IMG/VR virus record: IMGVR_UViG_3300033512_000125
Location: 11,363-75,362 of that record
Reading direction: 5' to 3' (one strand)
DNA from: a virus
DNA: 64,000 nucleotides
In this document: piece by piece, positions 55,145 through 64,000 of the stretch
Numbering within the stretch: the first letter of the stretch is position 1
Layout of the letters: each line of letters begins with the position of its first letter
The notes under the pieces: model-generated
What the model saw: only the letters and a program-made list of their open reading frames with translations
The model's database searches: none
What the model was told of the DNA's origin: nothing
Translations under genes and position numbers: made by a program

Positions 55145-56574
55145 TAAAAATAAAAGACATAACATCAGAATTATCCCAACTTACAGATAAATATGATGAA
55201 AAATATATTGATGGTCTTGTTAGAGAACAACTTGCTATTTTAGATTATAAAAAGACGTTTCAAGGTGAATTAAATGAACAGGATGAAGAAGATGAGATAG
55301 AATTAGACCCAGAAGAATTACCTGTAGATAAGGAAGAACCTATCGAAAAAGAACCTGAGAGCCAAGAAGAACCAGAAATTGAAACTCAACCAGAAGAAGA
55401 ACCAGAATCAGAGGTACAAGGTGGAGAAGATGGTGAGATAGAATTAGAACCTGAAGAATTACCTACACCAAAACCATTACCTATAGTTCCTACTCCAAAA
55501 GAGGATTATGAAACTATAAGTAGAAAACAAGCACAAGAATTACTTTCTTATAAAGGGAAGATATTCACTGCTGTTTTTTCTAAAAGAGAAGATGGTTCTT
55601 TAAGAGCTATGAATGGAATGACGGGTGTAAGGAAATTTACTGTTGGTGGAGAATTACCATATTCTCCTCAAGAAAAAGGTTTAGTTCCTGTTTATGATTT
55701 AAAAATTGGTTTAGGACGTAAAGGATATAGAATGTTACCATTAGAAGGTTTAAAAACTTTAAACATTAATGGTAAAAAATATAAAATAGATCAAAATATT
55801 AAAGAAATAAAAGTAAATCCACCAAGCCTGTATAAATTCCCTATTAGTATTAATAATGAAATTGAATTAAAAAGGTATTTAGATATATTAAAAGGGGATG
55901 GGTATAGTTTAATAAAATATTTACCAAGATTCAATCAAAAATTGGTTCCAATCAAATATTATAAATATTTATTCCAACATTTTCCATGTTATATATATGA
56001 TAAAAGTGGGGATGGAATAAGGAAAATAGAAGTCTCCCCATTCAAATTACATGAAATTAAGGTAAATAGACCTAATAAATATGTTATAGGAAAAGAATAT
56101 AAAGTTGATACTATTAATGGTACAAAATTATTAAAATTAAATTCCATTGGAAAAGGAAACCATTACAGATTTAAAGATGGTGTAACGATATATCACCTAA
56201 CACAAGACCAAATGGATAGAAAAAATTTAAATGAAAATATGAAAAAATCTGAATTAAGACAATTAGTAAAAGAAGCTATATTAGAATCAAACCCACAACC
56301 ACAAAGAGTATCACCAGATAGAGAAACTATTACAAAACCTGAAACTGATACTCCTGAACGTAAACCAAAAAGACGCACTTTAACTCCACCCACTGAAGCT
56401 CCAAATACAAAACCAAAAGCTGAAGGTGTAATTAAAGAAAACGAGCAACAGATATCTGATAAAATAGCCCAAAGATATAACAATTTAAAACAACCAGAAC
56501 AGTTAGACGAAGCTGTAGGTAGTTTAATTATTGGAGGATTATTGGAGGATTATTGGCTGCCCCTAAAGTATTAG
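55141..56574 (+). CDS. mosaic late protein with SH3-like domain and two IKVNxP cassettes
   Basis: KIFTAVFSKREDGSLRAMNG...VYDL...YRML; acidic linker. Confidence 0.6.
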   Translation: MIKIKDITSELSQLTDKYDEKYIDGLVREQLAILDYKKTFQGELNEQDEEDEIELDPEELPVDKEEPIEKEPESQEEPEIETQPEEEPESEVQGGEDGEIELEPEELPTPKPLPIVPTPKEDYETISRKQAQELLSYKGKIFTAVFSKREDGSLRAMNGMTGVRKFTVGGELPYSPQEKGLVPVYDLKIGLGRKGYRMLPLEGLKTLNINGKKYKIDQNIKEIKVNPPSLYKFPISINNEIELKRYLDILKGDGYSLIKYLPRFNQKLVPIKYYKYLFQHFPCYIYDKSGDGIRKIEVSPFKLHEIKVNRPNKYVIGKEYKVDTINGTKLLKLNSIGKGNHYRFKDGVTIYHLTQDQMDRKNLNENMKKSELRQLVKEAILESNPQPQRVSPDRETITKPETDTPERKPKRRTLTPPTEAPNTKPKAEGVIKENEQQISDKIAQRYNNLKQPEQLDEAVGSLIIGGLLEDYWLPLKY

Positions 56575-56945
56575 AATGGATAGGTAAAGCTACCAAATTT
56601 ATTGTAGGTAAATTAGGTAAAGACGAATCTCAAGCAGCACAAAATATAACAAAATTCGCTCACAAATGGGAAGGATTTTATGTTGGTTCTATCGAGAAAG
56701 TAATTAAAGCAACTGGTGTTGCTAAAAACGTTTGGAAAAACGAAGATGGATTTATAGATTCGGATAAATTACATACTACAGCTAAAGTATTATATGCTGT
56801 TATACTAGCAGTAGCTGCTGGTTATGCAGTAAATGGAGTACTATCATCAAATTCAGCAGTAATTAAAGCAATTGAAAGTGCTATTGGTGGTGTGAAAGGT
56901 GTTGAAATAGCTCAAATAGCATCAAAAATTAAATCTAGTCTATAA
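56553..56945 (+). CDS. hypothetical membrane-associated protein
   Basis: Hydrophobic C-terminal half; start uncertain. Confidence 0.5.
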   Translation: MAAPKVLEWIGKATKFIVGKLGKDESQAAQNITKFAHKWEGFYVGSIEKVIKATGVAKNVWKNEDGFIDSDKLHTTAKVLYAVILAVAAGYAVNGVLSSNSAVIKAIESAIGGVKGVEIAQIASKIKSSL

Positions 56946-58075
56946 TGAATTACGAAGATATATTTTCTCCCCAAACCTTATCTAAATTAAATAAAAAATC
57001 TGCAGAGAATCTAAAACAGATGATTGGAGACAAAAATTTAATGCAGACTATGATTTCTTCCCAAAAATTATTGGGAGAAATATCTAAAGCTGAAGCTCCA
57101 TATAAAGAACAACTTGAAGAATTAGCTGTTCAAATGGTAGAGGATTTATATCCTATTATAAATGAAGAAGGAATAAAAATAGATGCGAAAATAGTGGGAA
57201 TTGGAGATGTTAATTCTTCATTGGATGAGTCTATATCACCGGAATCTCGTCGTCGTATTATAAATGGTATTACTCAAGGCGCAGCATTAAGAGGTGCATT
57301 TTCATTCTATCTTTTTAAAGAATATTTAGATACTATGGATGATACCTTAGTAGACAAATATAACCAAATAATGAAAAATTCATTTGGAATTTATGATGAT
57401 GATAATGCTATAGCAATGTTATTATCTCTATTAGCTCAAGGTCATAAAGCTGCTGGTGGTTCAAGTAAAGTAATAATGAATGAAATAAAGGTAAATAATC
57501 CAACAAAAATAGACCAAAGTAAAGAATTTGAAAAAATTATATCCAAATTAGAAGATAAATATCCTAACTATAATGATACTAAAATATTTAATTTAGCTAA
57601 TAATGAATTTAAAAAGAAATTTGGATATGGTGTAGGAGAAAAATTAAATGAGTCCCAAGAATCTGGTATAACAATTCGTGCTCGTGCCATTTGCTTTCCA
57701 ATGTTAGTTCATGAAATAATTAAAGGTTTATATGAATTAGTTTCATTACAAGGGTTTAAAGGCGATAAAGAAGCTAATCAAGGAGTTGTAGATAAAGTAG
57801 ATAAATTAGAACATGAGCCTCATGATTTAAAATACGGTAAATATATTTATGATGCGTTAAATGATATATTTGCTGAATCTCAATATTCCGATCCAAGGAT
57901 TAGAGAATTCTTCTTTCAAGAAGTATATCAACTAGAAGATGAAGAATTTTTAACTTTAATAGAAAATGCAATTAATGAAGAATTAACTCCATCACAAAAA
58001 AGATGGGTTGACCAAACATTAAAGGAAATATCAATGGATTTAAAAGCAGATGATGCTTCTCAATATATAGATTAA
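56945..58075 (+). CDS. hypothetical late protein with one IKVNxP cassette
   Basis: RRRIINGITQGAA; FPMLVHEIIKGLYE. Confidence 0.7.
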   Translation: MNYEDIFSPQTLSKLNKKSAENLKQMIGDKNLMQTMISSQKLLGEISKAEAPYKEQLEELAVQMVEDLYPIINEEGIKIDAKIVGIGDVNSSLDESISPESRRRIINGITQGAALRGAFSFYLFKEYLDTMDDTLVDKYNQIMKNSFGIYDDDNAIAMLLSLLAQGHKAAGGSSKVIMNEIKVNNPTKIDQSKEFEKIISKLEDKYPNYNDTKIFNLANNEFKKKFGYGVGEKLNESQESGITIRARAICFPMLVHEIIKGLYELVSLQGFKGDKEANQGVVDKVDKLEHEPHDLKYGKYIYDALNDIFAESQYSDPRIREFFFQEVYQLEDEEFLTLIENAINEELTPSQKRWVDQTLKEISMDLKADDASQYID

Positions 58076-58077
58076 AT

Positions 58078-60330
58078 ATGATTAGTTTAAAAGAATTAAT
58101 ATTAAATGAGTATAGTGAAAAAACAATCACTACAACTATAGACCGTTGGAAGAATACCAACCCAAACTTAGACACTAATATAGCAAGACAAGTAATCCAA
58201 AGATTTGACCAAGTCAAATCTGGTTTATCTACTAAATTACAACAAATAGCCTTATCAGATGAATTAAAACAAGGGCAAAATTATCTTAATATAGATAAAT
58301 ACTCTTGGGAAGATATGGTAAATTTACTTCGTTCATTACCAGAAAAGGATGATAAAGTAAAAAAAGATGCCATAAATAAATTCGTTCAAGAAGAACGTAT
58401 GGATAAAGGTACAGTTACTTCTTATGTTATTCGTTTTATGAATAATAGACGTAATTTAAAATATGCTTTAGATAATGGAACTGAAGATGGAAATTATTCA
58501 AAAGAAGAAGTAAAAAAATTAATACCATCCCGTTTAATCCCAAATAATTTATATTTAGATCCTAGAGCATATAATTTCCAACAATTAGAAAATTTATTAG
58601 ACACCTTATTTCCTATGAATGTAGAAGTAGGTGCTGATGAAAATAATGTAACAACAGATGCTGATAAAGTATATGAAAGTGATGGGATAGAAATATATAA
58701 AGGAGATTCTCAACATAAATGTATATCTTATAATCCAACAATTGGTACTAAGAAAAAATATGGGTGGTGTATATCCCAACCTTCTAACCAAATGTATGAT
58801 AGATATAGATTTATGGAAGAAGGTAAAAATAGAATGTTTTATTTTATCTTTGATAGAACTAAAACTTCCGAACCTGAACATAAACCATTTAAAGATCCTT
58901 GGCATTCATTTGTAATTCATGTTGGAGAAGGAAATAGAAGATATTGGATAACAGATGCTGATAATGATTTTGAAAAAGAATTTTCTTCTTGGTCTGATTT
59001 GCAAAAAATAGCTCCCAAAGTATGGAAACGTATTGGAGGTTTAGAATCTGTATTTAAGTTTATAGCACCATCCAAAGCTGAAATATCTGGGGCTGCTATG
59101 AGAGGAAAAAGATTATCCGCTCAAGATTTTCGTGAATTGGATTATGAAGATAAACAACAATATGTTCAATCTAATGCTGGTTCTTTATCAAAAGAAATCT
59201 TAGAAATCTTAGATAAAGAATTAAAAAACTTAGCTATTAATTATGGTCAAAAATTTCCATATTCTCTTTTAAAAGATAATGAAAGTTTAGCAAAAAGATA
59301 TGCTATATTTCGTTTTAGACATACTAATTATGGTAATGAAGCAATTCCACTTCCTTATGTTAAATATTTAGATGAAGATGCTAAGGAAAAATATTTAACT
59401 ACATTCGATGGTAATTTAACATTTGAATTAATTGAAAAATATTTTGGTCCTCAATCGGCAGAAAAATATATTCAAGAACAAATACAAAAATTAGACTTTA
59501 TTCCACCAAATGCTTTAAAATATATTAAAGATCCTAAAATTAAAAAATTATACGAAGTTTATTCATCGTTATTTAAAAATTGGGAATTTGAAAATAATAC
59601 TGATATAAGTGATGAAGAATTAGCTAATAAAGAATCAATGCCTGCACAGTCTGTTACTCCAAAACCTCTAACAGTTGATGATTGGAAAGAATTATCATCA
59701 TCTAAAAGAAAAACAATAATAGACTTAGCAAAGAAATTTACAGGAAACGAAGAATATTTAATTGTATTATATTCAGTTCCATTTGTAGTAAATGACGGTG
59801 ATAGAGATTTAGTTTTACTTCCTATTAATTTAGATGATTTTACGGGAAAATGGTACTTAATGGATATTAATGGTATGGTTATTGATGAGTATAGTGGAGA
59901 AAATGCTATGTTAGGTTCTATTCCATTATATGAAGGTTATCCTAATTTTAATGATGGTGATTTTACTAGAGTTTATAATATAGATGATATTAAAGTTCAA
60001 AAAGAAATAAACGAATATAAATTCCTAGCTGAAATTAAAATAAATAATCCCCAATCTTTATTAATAAAAACAATAGAATTATATAAGAAAAAATATAGTG
60101 CTTTAGAACAAGGATTTGATGGTAATTTAGCAGAAGAAATATATGAATTATTTTTAGATGGTTGGATATGGCATGAAGATGAAAATCTAGAAGATTTATT
60201 TTATAAATTATCCCAAGATGAATTAAAACGATTATATAATTTTCTACAAAGTTATTCTAATATAGATGAAGAAACATTTGAAGAGCAATATCTTCGTGAA
60301 CGACTTGTAGTTCGAGCTGGATTAAAATAA
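58078..60330 (+). CDS. large hypothetical late protein
   Basis: MISLKELILNE; GWCISQ..MYDRYR; C-terminal IKINNP...RAGLK. Confidence 0.7.
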   Translation: MISLKELILNEYSEKTITTTIDRWKNTNPNLDTNIARQVIQRFDQVKSGLSTKLQQIALSDELKQGQNYLNIDKYSWEDMVNLLRSLPEKDDKVKKDAINKFVQEERMDKGTVTSYVIRFMNNRRNLKYALDNGTEDGNYSKEEVKKLIPSRLIPNNLYLDPRAYNFQQLENLLDTLFPMNVEVGADENNVTTDADKVYESDGIEIYKGDSQHKCISYNPTIGTKKKYGWCISQPSNQMYDRYRFMEEGKNRMFYFIFDRTKTSEPEHKPFKDPWHSFVIHVGEGNRRYWITDADNDFEKEFSSWSDLQKIAPKVWKRIGGLESVFKFIAPSKAEISGAAMRGKRLSAQDFRELDYEDKQQYVQSNAGSLSKEILEILDKELKNLAINYGQKFPYSLLKDNESLAKRYAIFRFRHTNYGNEAIPLPYVKYLDEDAKEKYLTTFDGNLTFELIEKYFGPQSAEKYIQEQIQKLDFIPPNALKYIKDPKIKKLYEVYSSLFKNWEFENNTDISDEELANKESMPAQSVTPKPLTVDDWKELSSSKRKTIIDLAKKFTGNEEYLIVLYSVPFVVNDGDRDLVLLPINLDDFTGKWYLMDINGMVIDEYSGENAMLGSIPLYEGYPNFNDGDFTRVYNIDDIKVQKEINEYKFLAEIKINNPQSLLIKTIELYKKKYSALEQGFDGNLAEEIYELFLDGWIWHEDENLEDLFYKLSQDELKRLYNFLQSYSNIDEETFEEQYLRERLVVRAGLK

Positions 60331-60335
60331 ATTCT

Positions 60336-60360
60336 AAGACCTCAATAGAGGTCTTTGTTT
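60336..60360 (+). terminator. intrinsic terminator
   Basis: AAGACCTC-AATA-GAGGTCTT followed by TGTTT. Confidence 0.8.
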
Positions 60361-60398
60361 ACTTAAAATAAATTTCGTATATTAAGTAAAATTAATTT

Positions 60399-60743
60399 AT
60401 GAAATTAGCTATAATAGGTAGTAGAGATTTTAATGATTATGATTTACTTTCTAAAGAATTAAAACAATATGAAGATAAAATCACTCGAGTTATAAGTGGT
60501 GGTGCTAAAGGTGCTGATACTTTAGGTGAAATTTGGGCTGAAGAAAATAATGTTCCTGTCCAAATATTTTTACCTGATTGGAATAAACATGGTAAAGGAG
60601 CTGGTTTATTGAGAAACCATGATATAATAAAAAATAGTGATATTGTAATAGCTTTTTGGGATGGTAAAAGTACTGGAACAAAACAAGCATTGGAATTAAC
60701 TTCAATTTATAATAAACCTAAGAAAATAATAATCTATGAATAA
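60399..60743 (+). CDS. SLOG/DUF2493 (YspA-like) protein
   Basis: AIIGSRDF, SGGAKGAD, AGLLRN, AFWDGKSTGT. Confidence 0.85.
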   Translation: MKLAIIGSRDFNDYDLLSKELKQYEDKITRVISGGAKGADTLGEIWAEENNVPVQIFLPDWNKHGKGAGLLRNHDIIKNSDIVIAFWDGKSTGTKQALELTSIYNKPKKIIIYE

Positions 60744-60935
60744 ACAAGAACGTAAATTAAAAGGTCAAGCTAAATTCAAAAACGACTTAAAAATTATGGT
60801 TATACTTTAGATGACGTTAAAAAATCAGACCATAACTTATTTGTATTTAAAACAACTGGAAAGCCTTGTTCATGTTGGATGTGTAGAGGAGAAAAAGATA
60901 AGAAAATAAAACATAAAAATAAAATTGATGAATAA
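60736..60935 (+). pseudogene. small CSC..C protein apparently frameshifted in an A run
   Basis: MNKQERKLKGQAKFK then continues RLKNYG...TGKPCSCWMC in another frame. Confidence 0.45.
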
Positions 60936-61093
60936 ATTTATAAAATGGATTAAAAATTTTCTACATCAAGATGTAGTAATAGTAGAAAATAATAAAAATA
61001 GTAAAATAACGATAAACGGCAAAGTAATATTTGATGATATTACTAATAGAAAAATAGTAGTTAAAGACGGAAAAATAATATCAAATATAAAGA

Positions 61094-62458
61094 ATGAATA
61101 AAAAAATAGTTATAGTAGGTGCGGGAGTAGCTGGTATTAATGCTGCTACTAAATTAGTGGATAATGGTTATCCTGGTGAATTAATTACTATTATAGATAA
61201 GGGTAATGATCCTTATAATAGAAAACCTGATGAGGTAATGACTGGGATGTTAGGTAGTGGCGGATGGAGTGATGGTAAACTTACTTATCATACAGCAATT
61301 GGGGGTCAATTATCAAAATATTGTGGTGAAGAAAAAGCAATGGAATTAATGGATCAAGTTATCTCTAATTTTAGAAGATTCCACCCAAAACCTGAAGAAA
61401 TATTTTGTTCTGATCCTGTTGAAGAACCAGAATTTATTAAACCTAAATTTGGTTTAAGATTATTTCCTGTATGGCATATTGGTTCCAACTTCTTACATGA
61501 GATTGCTAAAAATTGGTATCAACATTTAGTTGATAAAGGAGTAGAATTTAGATGGGAGTGTGAAGTAAAAGATATATCATTTAAAGACAATATGATTGGA
61601 TATATTTATAATAAGGGACAAAAATTATTACCTTATAGAGATTTTTATGACCAACTTATTTTTGCAGTAGGTAAATCAGGTATTGATTTTGGTAAACAAT
61701 TAGCAGAACAATATGAATTAGAGACTGAACCTAAATCAGTTCAAATTGGTGTTCGTTTTGAGGCCCCACAAAAATACTTCCAAAAATTAATTGATGTTAG
61801 TTATGATTTCAAATTATATCAAAAACCTAACGATCAAGTATCATTAAGATCATTTTGTACAAATAATAATGCTGCTTATGTTGCTGTAGAGGAAACTTAT
61901 GGAGATATTAGTTATAATGGTCATGCTAAGAAAGGTGAAGAATTTAGAAATGATATGACTAATTTTGGCATATTAATGGAAATTAAAGGTATTGAAAATC
62001 CATTTGAATGGTGTCGTAAAGTAGTAGATAAATGTAATTTTAGTGGCACTTTACCTAGATTTCAAAATGATGGAATTTCTAATTTTAATTTTAGAACAGG
62101 GATGTTTTATTCCCCAAACCAAACACGTAAACCATCTAATACATCAGAAGGTACAATAGTTAATAGTTTAGAATTAATGACTGGATTAGATAATATTAGA
62201 GAAGCTTTTGAAGGTAATTTTGAATATGTTGAGAATTTTATTGATGATATGAATAAAGTATTTGAATTTGGAGATGATTGGGGAATGTATATACCAGAAG
62301 TTAAATATCTAAGTCCCGAACCCTTAGTAGATTATACTAACTTGTCACTACCAAATTATAATAATGTTCATTTTGTGGGTGATGCATTAAGTGCAAGAGG
62401 AATAACCGTGTCAGGAGCTCATGGAATATATGTAGCAGAAGATTTATTAAAAAACTAA
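61094..62458 (+). CDS. FAD/NAD(P)-dependent oxidoreductase
   Basis: VGAGVAG Rossmann motif, GSGGWSDGKL, IGVRFE, RSFCTN, FVGDALSARGITVSGAHG. Confidence 0.85.
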   Translation: MNKKIVIVGAGVAGINAATKLVDNGYPGELITIIDKGNDPYNRKPDEVMTGMLGSGGWSDGKLTYHTAIGGQLSKYCGEEKAMELMDQVISNFRRFHPKPEEIFCSDPVEEPEFIKPKFGLRLFPVWHIGSNFLHEIAKNWYQHLVDKGVEFRWECEVKDISFKDNMIGYIYNKGQKLLPYRDFYDQLIFAVGKSGIDFGKQLAEQYELETEPKSVQIGVRFEAPQKYFQKLIDVSYDFKLYQKPNDQVSLRSFCTNNNAAYVAVEETYGDISYNGHAKKGEEFRNDMTNFGILMEIKGIENPFEWCRKVVDKCNFSGTLPRFQNDGISNFNFRTGMFYSPNQTRKPSNTSEGTIVNSLELMTGLDNIREAFEGNFEYVENFIDDMNKVFEFGDDWGMYIPEVKYLSPEPLVDYTNLSLPNYNNVHFVGDALSARGITVSGAHGIYVAEDLLKN

Positions 62459-62460
62459 TT

Positions 62461-62706
62461 ATGAAAAAAGAAAACGAATTTAAAACAAAAACATTTACAT
62501 CACCTGACGGCATTAAAAGAACTATATTTGATGGTAAATTACATTCTTGGGAAGGACCCGCAGTTCAATATCCTAAAGAAATTAAAAAGAAAGATGAATA
62601 TTATGTTTATGGTATTCAACACACAAAAGATCAATGGTTAGAAGCAAAGCGAGACACTAATGGTGTCCCACCAGATAAAAATCCACAAGTAAATTCAAGA
62701 TTTTAA
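62461..62706 (+). CDS. hypothetical protein
   Basis: GKLHSWEGPA motif. Confidence 0.6.
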   Translation: MKKENEFKTKTFTSPDGIKRTIFDGKLHSWEGPAVQYPKEIKKKDEYYVYGIQHTKDQWLEAKRDTNGVPPDKNPQVNSRF

Positions 62707-62707
62707 T

Positions 62708-63238
62708 ATGAGAATAGGATTAGTAGGTACAGTTTCTGTTGGAAAAACTACATTAGTTAATGCATTAAAAGAATTACCACAATTTAAAGGATATCATTTT
62801 GCTACTGAACGAAGTAAATATTTAAGTGATCTAGGTATTCCTTTAAATACTGACTCAACCATTAAAGGTCAAATGATTTTTGGAGCTGAAAGAGCATCTG
62901 AATTATTTCATGAAAAGTTATTAACAGATAGAACTATTATAGATGTAATATCTTTTACTAAATTAGCTAAAACTATAGAACCTTTTGAAAAAGAACAATT
63001 TTATGATTTATACAAAAATTTAATATCGGAATATGATTATATATTTTATATATCCCCAGAAGGATTACCTATAGAGGATAATGGTATACGTACTATAGAC
63101 CCTGTTTACAGAGAAGATATTGATTGGGTTATTAAAAGAGTAATTGAACAGAATAAATTTAGAATTAATAATTATCATGAAATTTCTGGTAGTACAGAAG
63201 ATAGAATCAAACAAATTTTAGAAATTATTTTTCCTTAA
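62708..63238 (+). CDS. P-loop nucleotide kinase (AAA_28/NadR-like)
   Basis: GTVSVGKTT, TDRTIID, YDYIFY, EDNGIR. Confidence 0.8.
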   Translation: MRIGLVGTVSVGKTTLVNALKELPQFKGYHFATERSKYLSDLGIPLNTDSTIKGQMIFGAERASELFHEKLLTDRTIIDVISFTKLAKTIEPFEKEQFYDLYKNLISEYDYIFYISPEGLPIEDNGIRTIDPVYREDIDWVIKRVIEQNKFRINNYHEISGSTEDRIKQILEIIFP

Positions 63239-63274
63239 TATTTATAATATATAAACGATAAAATTATTAAAAAA

Positions 63275-63946
63275 ATGGATATTGCAAAATCAAGAAATTT
63301 CCTATTAAAAGAGAGTATTGAACAGCCTTTAGATGAAATGGCTAAAATTCAAGGTGAATTAAAAGACTCTATTGAAGCTGTAATTGCAGCGAATCCAGAC
63401 CTTAATGGTCTTCCATTAAAAAAAGCTATTAGAGCAGACCAAAGAGTATTAGACGCACTAGATGGTGACGATTTGTATGACAATCAATTAAATAAATTCA
63501 TAGCATCAGCTAAAGGTGAGAGAGAAGTTGGTTCTAGAGGTAGAAAACCTGGAGGTTCTATGGATGCTAAAAACGATATTATAGATGATTTAGGAACTCC
63601 TGCTCCCGAACCAGAGATGACAACATCTATAGGAGGAGAAGATAATGAAGATATTGATGATGTAATTGATACTTGGGCCGCTCCAGAAGAAGAAGAGGAG
63701 GAAGTTGTTGGTACACCAACAATAGATAAATCTATTGAAAAGGAATTGCCAAGTGATGTTAGTTCTGCTAATGCTTATAAAAATATTATTTTGAAAAAAG
63801 TTCAAAAAATAGAAGCTTTATCTCCACAAGAAAGAGCTAATTCTATTGATATGGCTGCTTTAAAATCATATATTAAAAAACCAGAAGTATTCAAAACTTT
63901 AGGTAGAGAAACAATCCAAAATTTAGTTTCTCCTATCATAGGATAA
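63275..63946 (+). CDS. hypothetical acidic late protein
   Basis: MDIAKSRNFLLKE; late motif at 63238. Confidence 0.65.
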   Translation: MDIAKSRNFLLKESIEQPLDEMAKIQGELKDSIEAVIAANPDLNGLPLKKAIRADQRVLDALDGDDLYDNQLNKFIASAKGEREVGSRGRKPGGSMDAKNDIIDDLGTPAPEPEMTTSIGGEDNEDIDDVIDTWAAPEEEEEEVVGTPTIDKSIEKELPSDVSSANAYKNIILKKVQKIEALSPQERANSIDMAALKSYIKKPEVFKTLGRETIQNLVSPIIG

Positions 63947-63970
63947 AATAATAAAATATAAAAATAAATA

Positions 63971-64000
63971 AAGCCTCTCATTATGGGAGGCTTGTTTTTT
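63971..64000 (+). terminator. intrinsic terminator
   Basis: AAGCCTCTCA-TTA-TGGGAGGCTT followed by GTTTTTT. Confidence 0.8.

Noticed and set aside
23091-63805. Minus-strand ORFs in the track (23091, 24622, 26162, 27052, 27469, 30210, 39880, 41451, 44745, 46550, 47085, 52907, 53489, 56193, 57972, 58606, 60505, 63590; also 6854)
   Set aside because: All shadow longer + strand genes, have low-complexity F/I/L/S composition and no motifs
1-64000. CRISPR array or cas genes
   Set aside because: No regularly spaced direct repeats seen; the exonuclease at 41792 sits next to primase and looks replicative
1-64000. Stop-codon reassignment
   Set aside because: Long genes are intact under the standard code, TAA/TAG/TGA all end ORFs, and no clear suppressor tRNA is present
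1-64000. Prophage or integrative element
   Set aside because: No integrase, att-like repeats or host housekeeping genes; organisation is that of a large lytic phage

Overview
A 64-kb segment of a very AT-rich jumbo myovirus-type phage genome, with every credible gene on the + strand. The host is inferred to be Bacteroidota from the promoter motif, the boxA-like element and the tmRNA tag. Layout: (1) 1-8.6 kb: small accessory ORFs with thyA, a HAD protein, a UDG-like protein and six paralogue-like ORFs ending in YEIY/YEIC. (2) 8.85-14.75 kb: an RNA island with a leader-peptide attenuator, 26 tRNA genes covering all 20 amino acids (none encodes CCA), a circularly permuted tmRNA, a YrlA/Y-RNA-like RNA, tRNA-like and structured spacer RNAs and two HNH genes. 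(3) 14.75-22.4 kb: accessory genes (HD hydrolases, cyclic-phosphate receiver, glutaredoxin, sigma-like protein) and a candidate ncRNA. (4) 22.4-39.7 kb: baseplate/tail module. (5) 39.7-64 kb: primase, exonuclease, GIY-YIG genes, RNA ligase, phosphoesterases and an FAD oxidoreductase, interleaved with probable head-packaged proteins built from repeated E|IKVNxP...(I/L)xE cassettes. All protein assignments come from motif recognition by eye. No database search or folding program was run.
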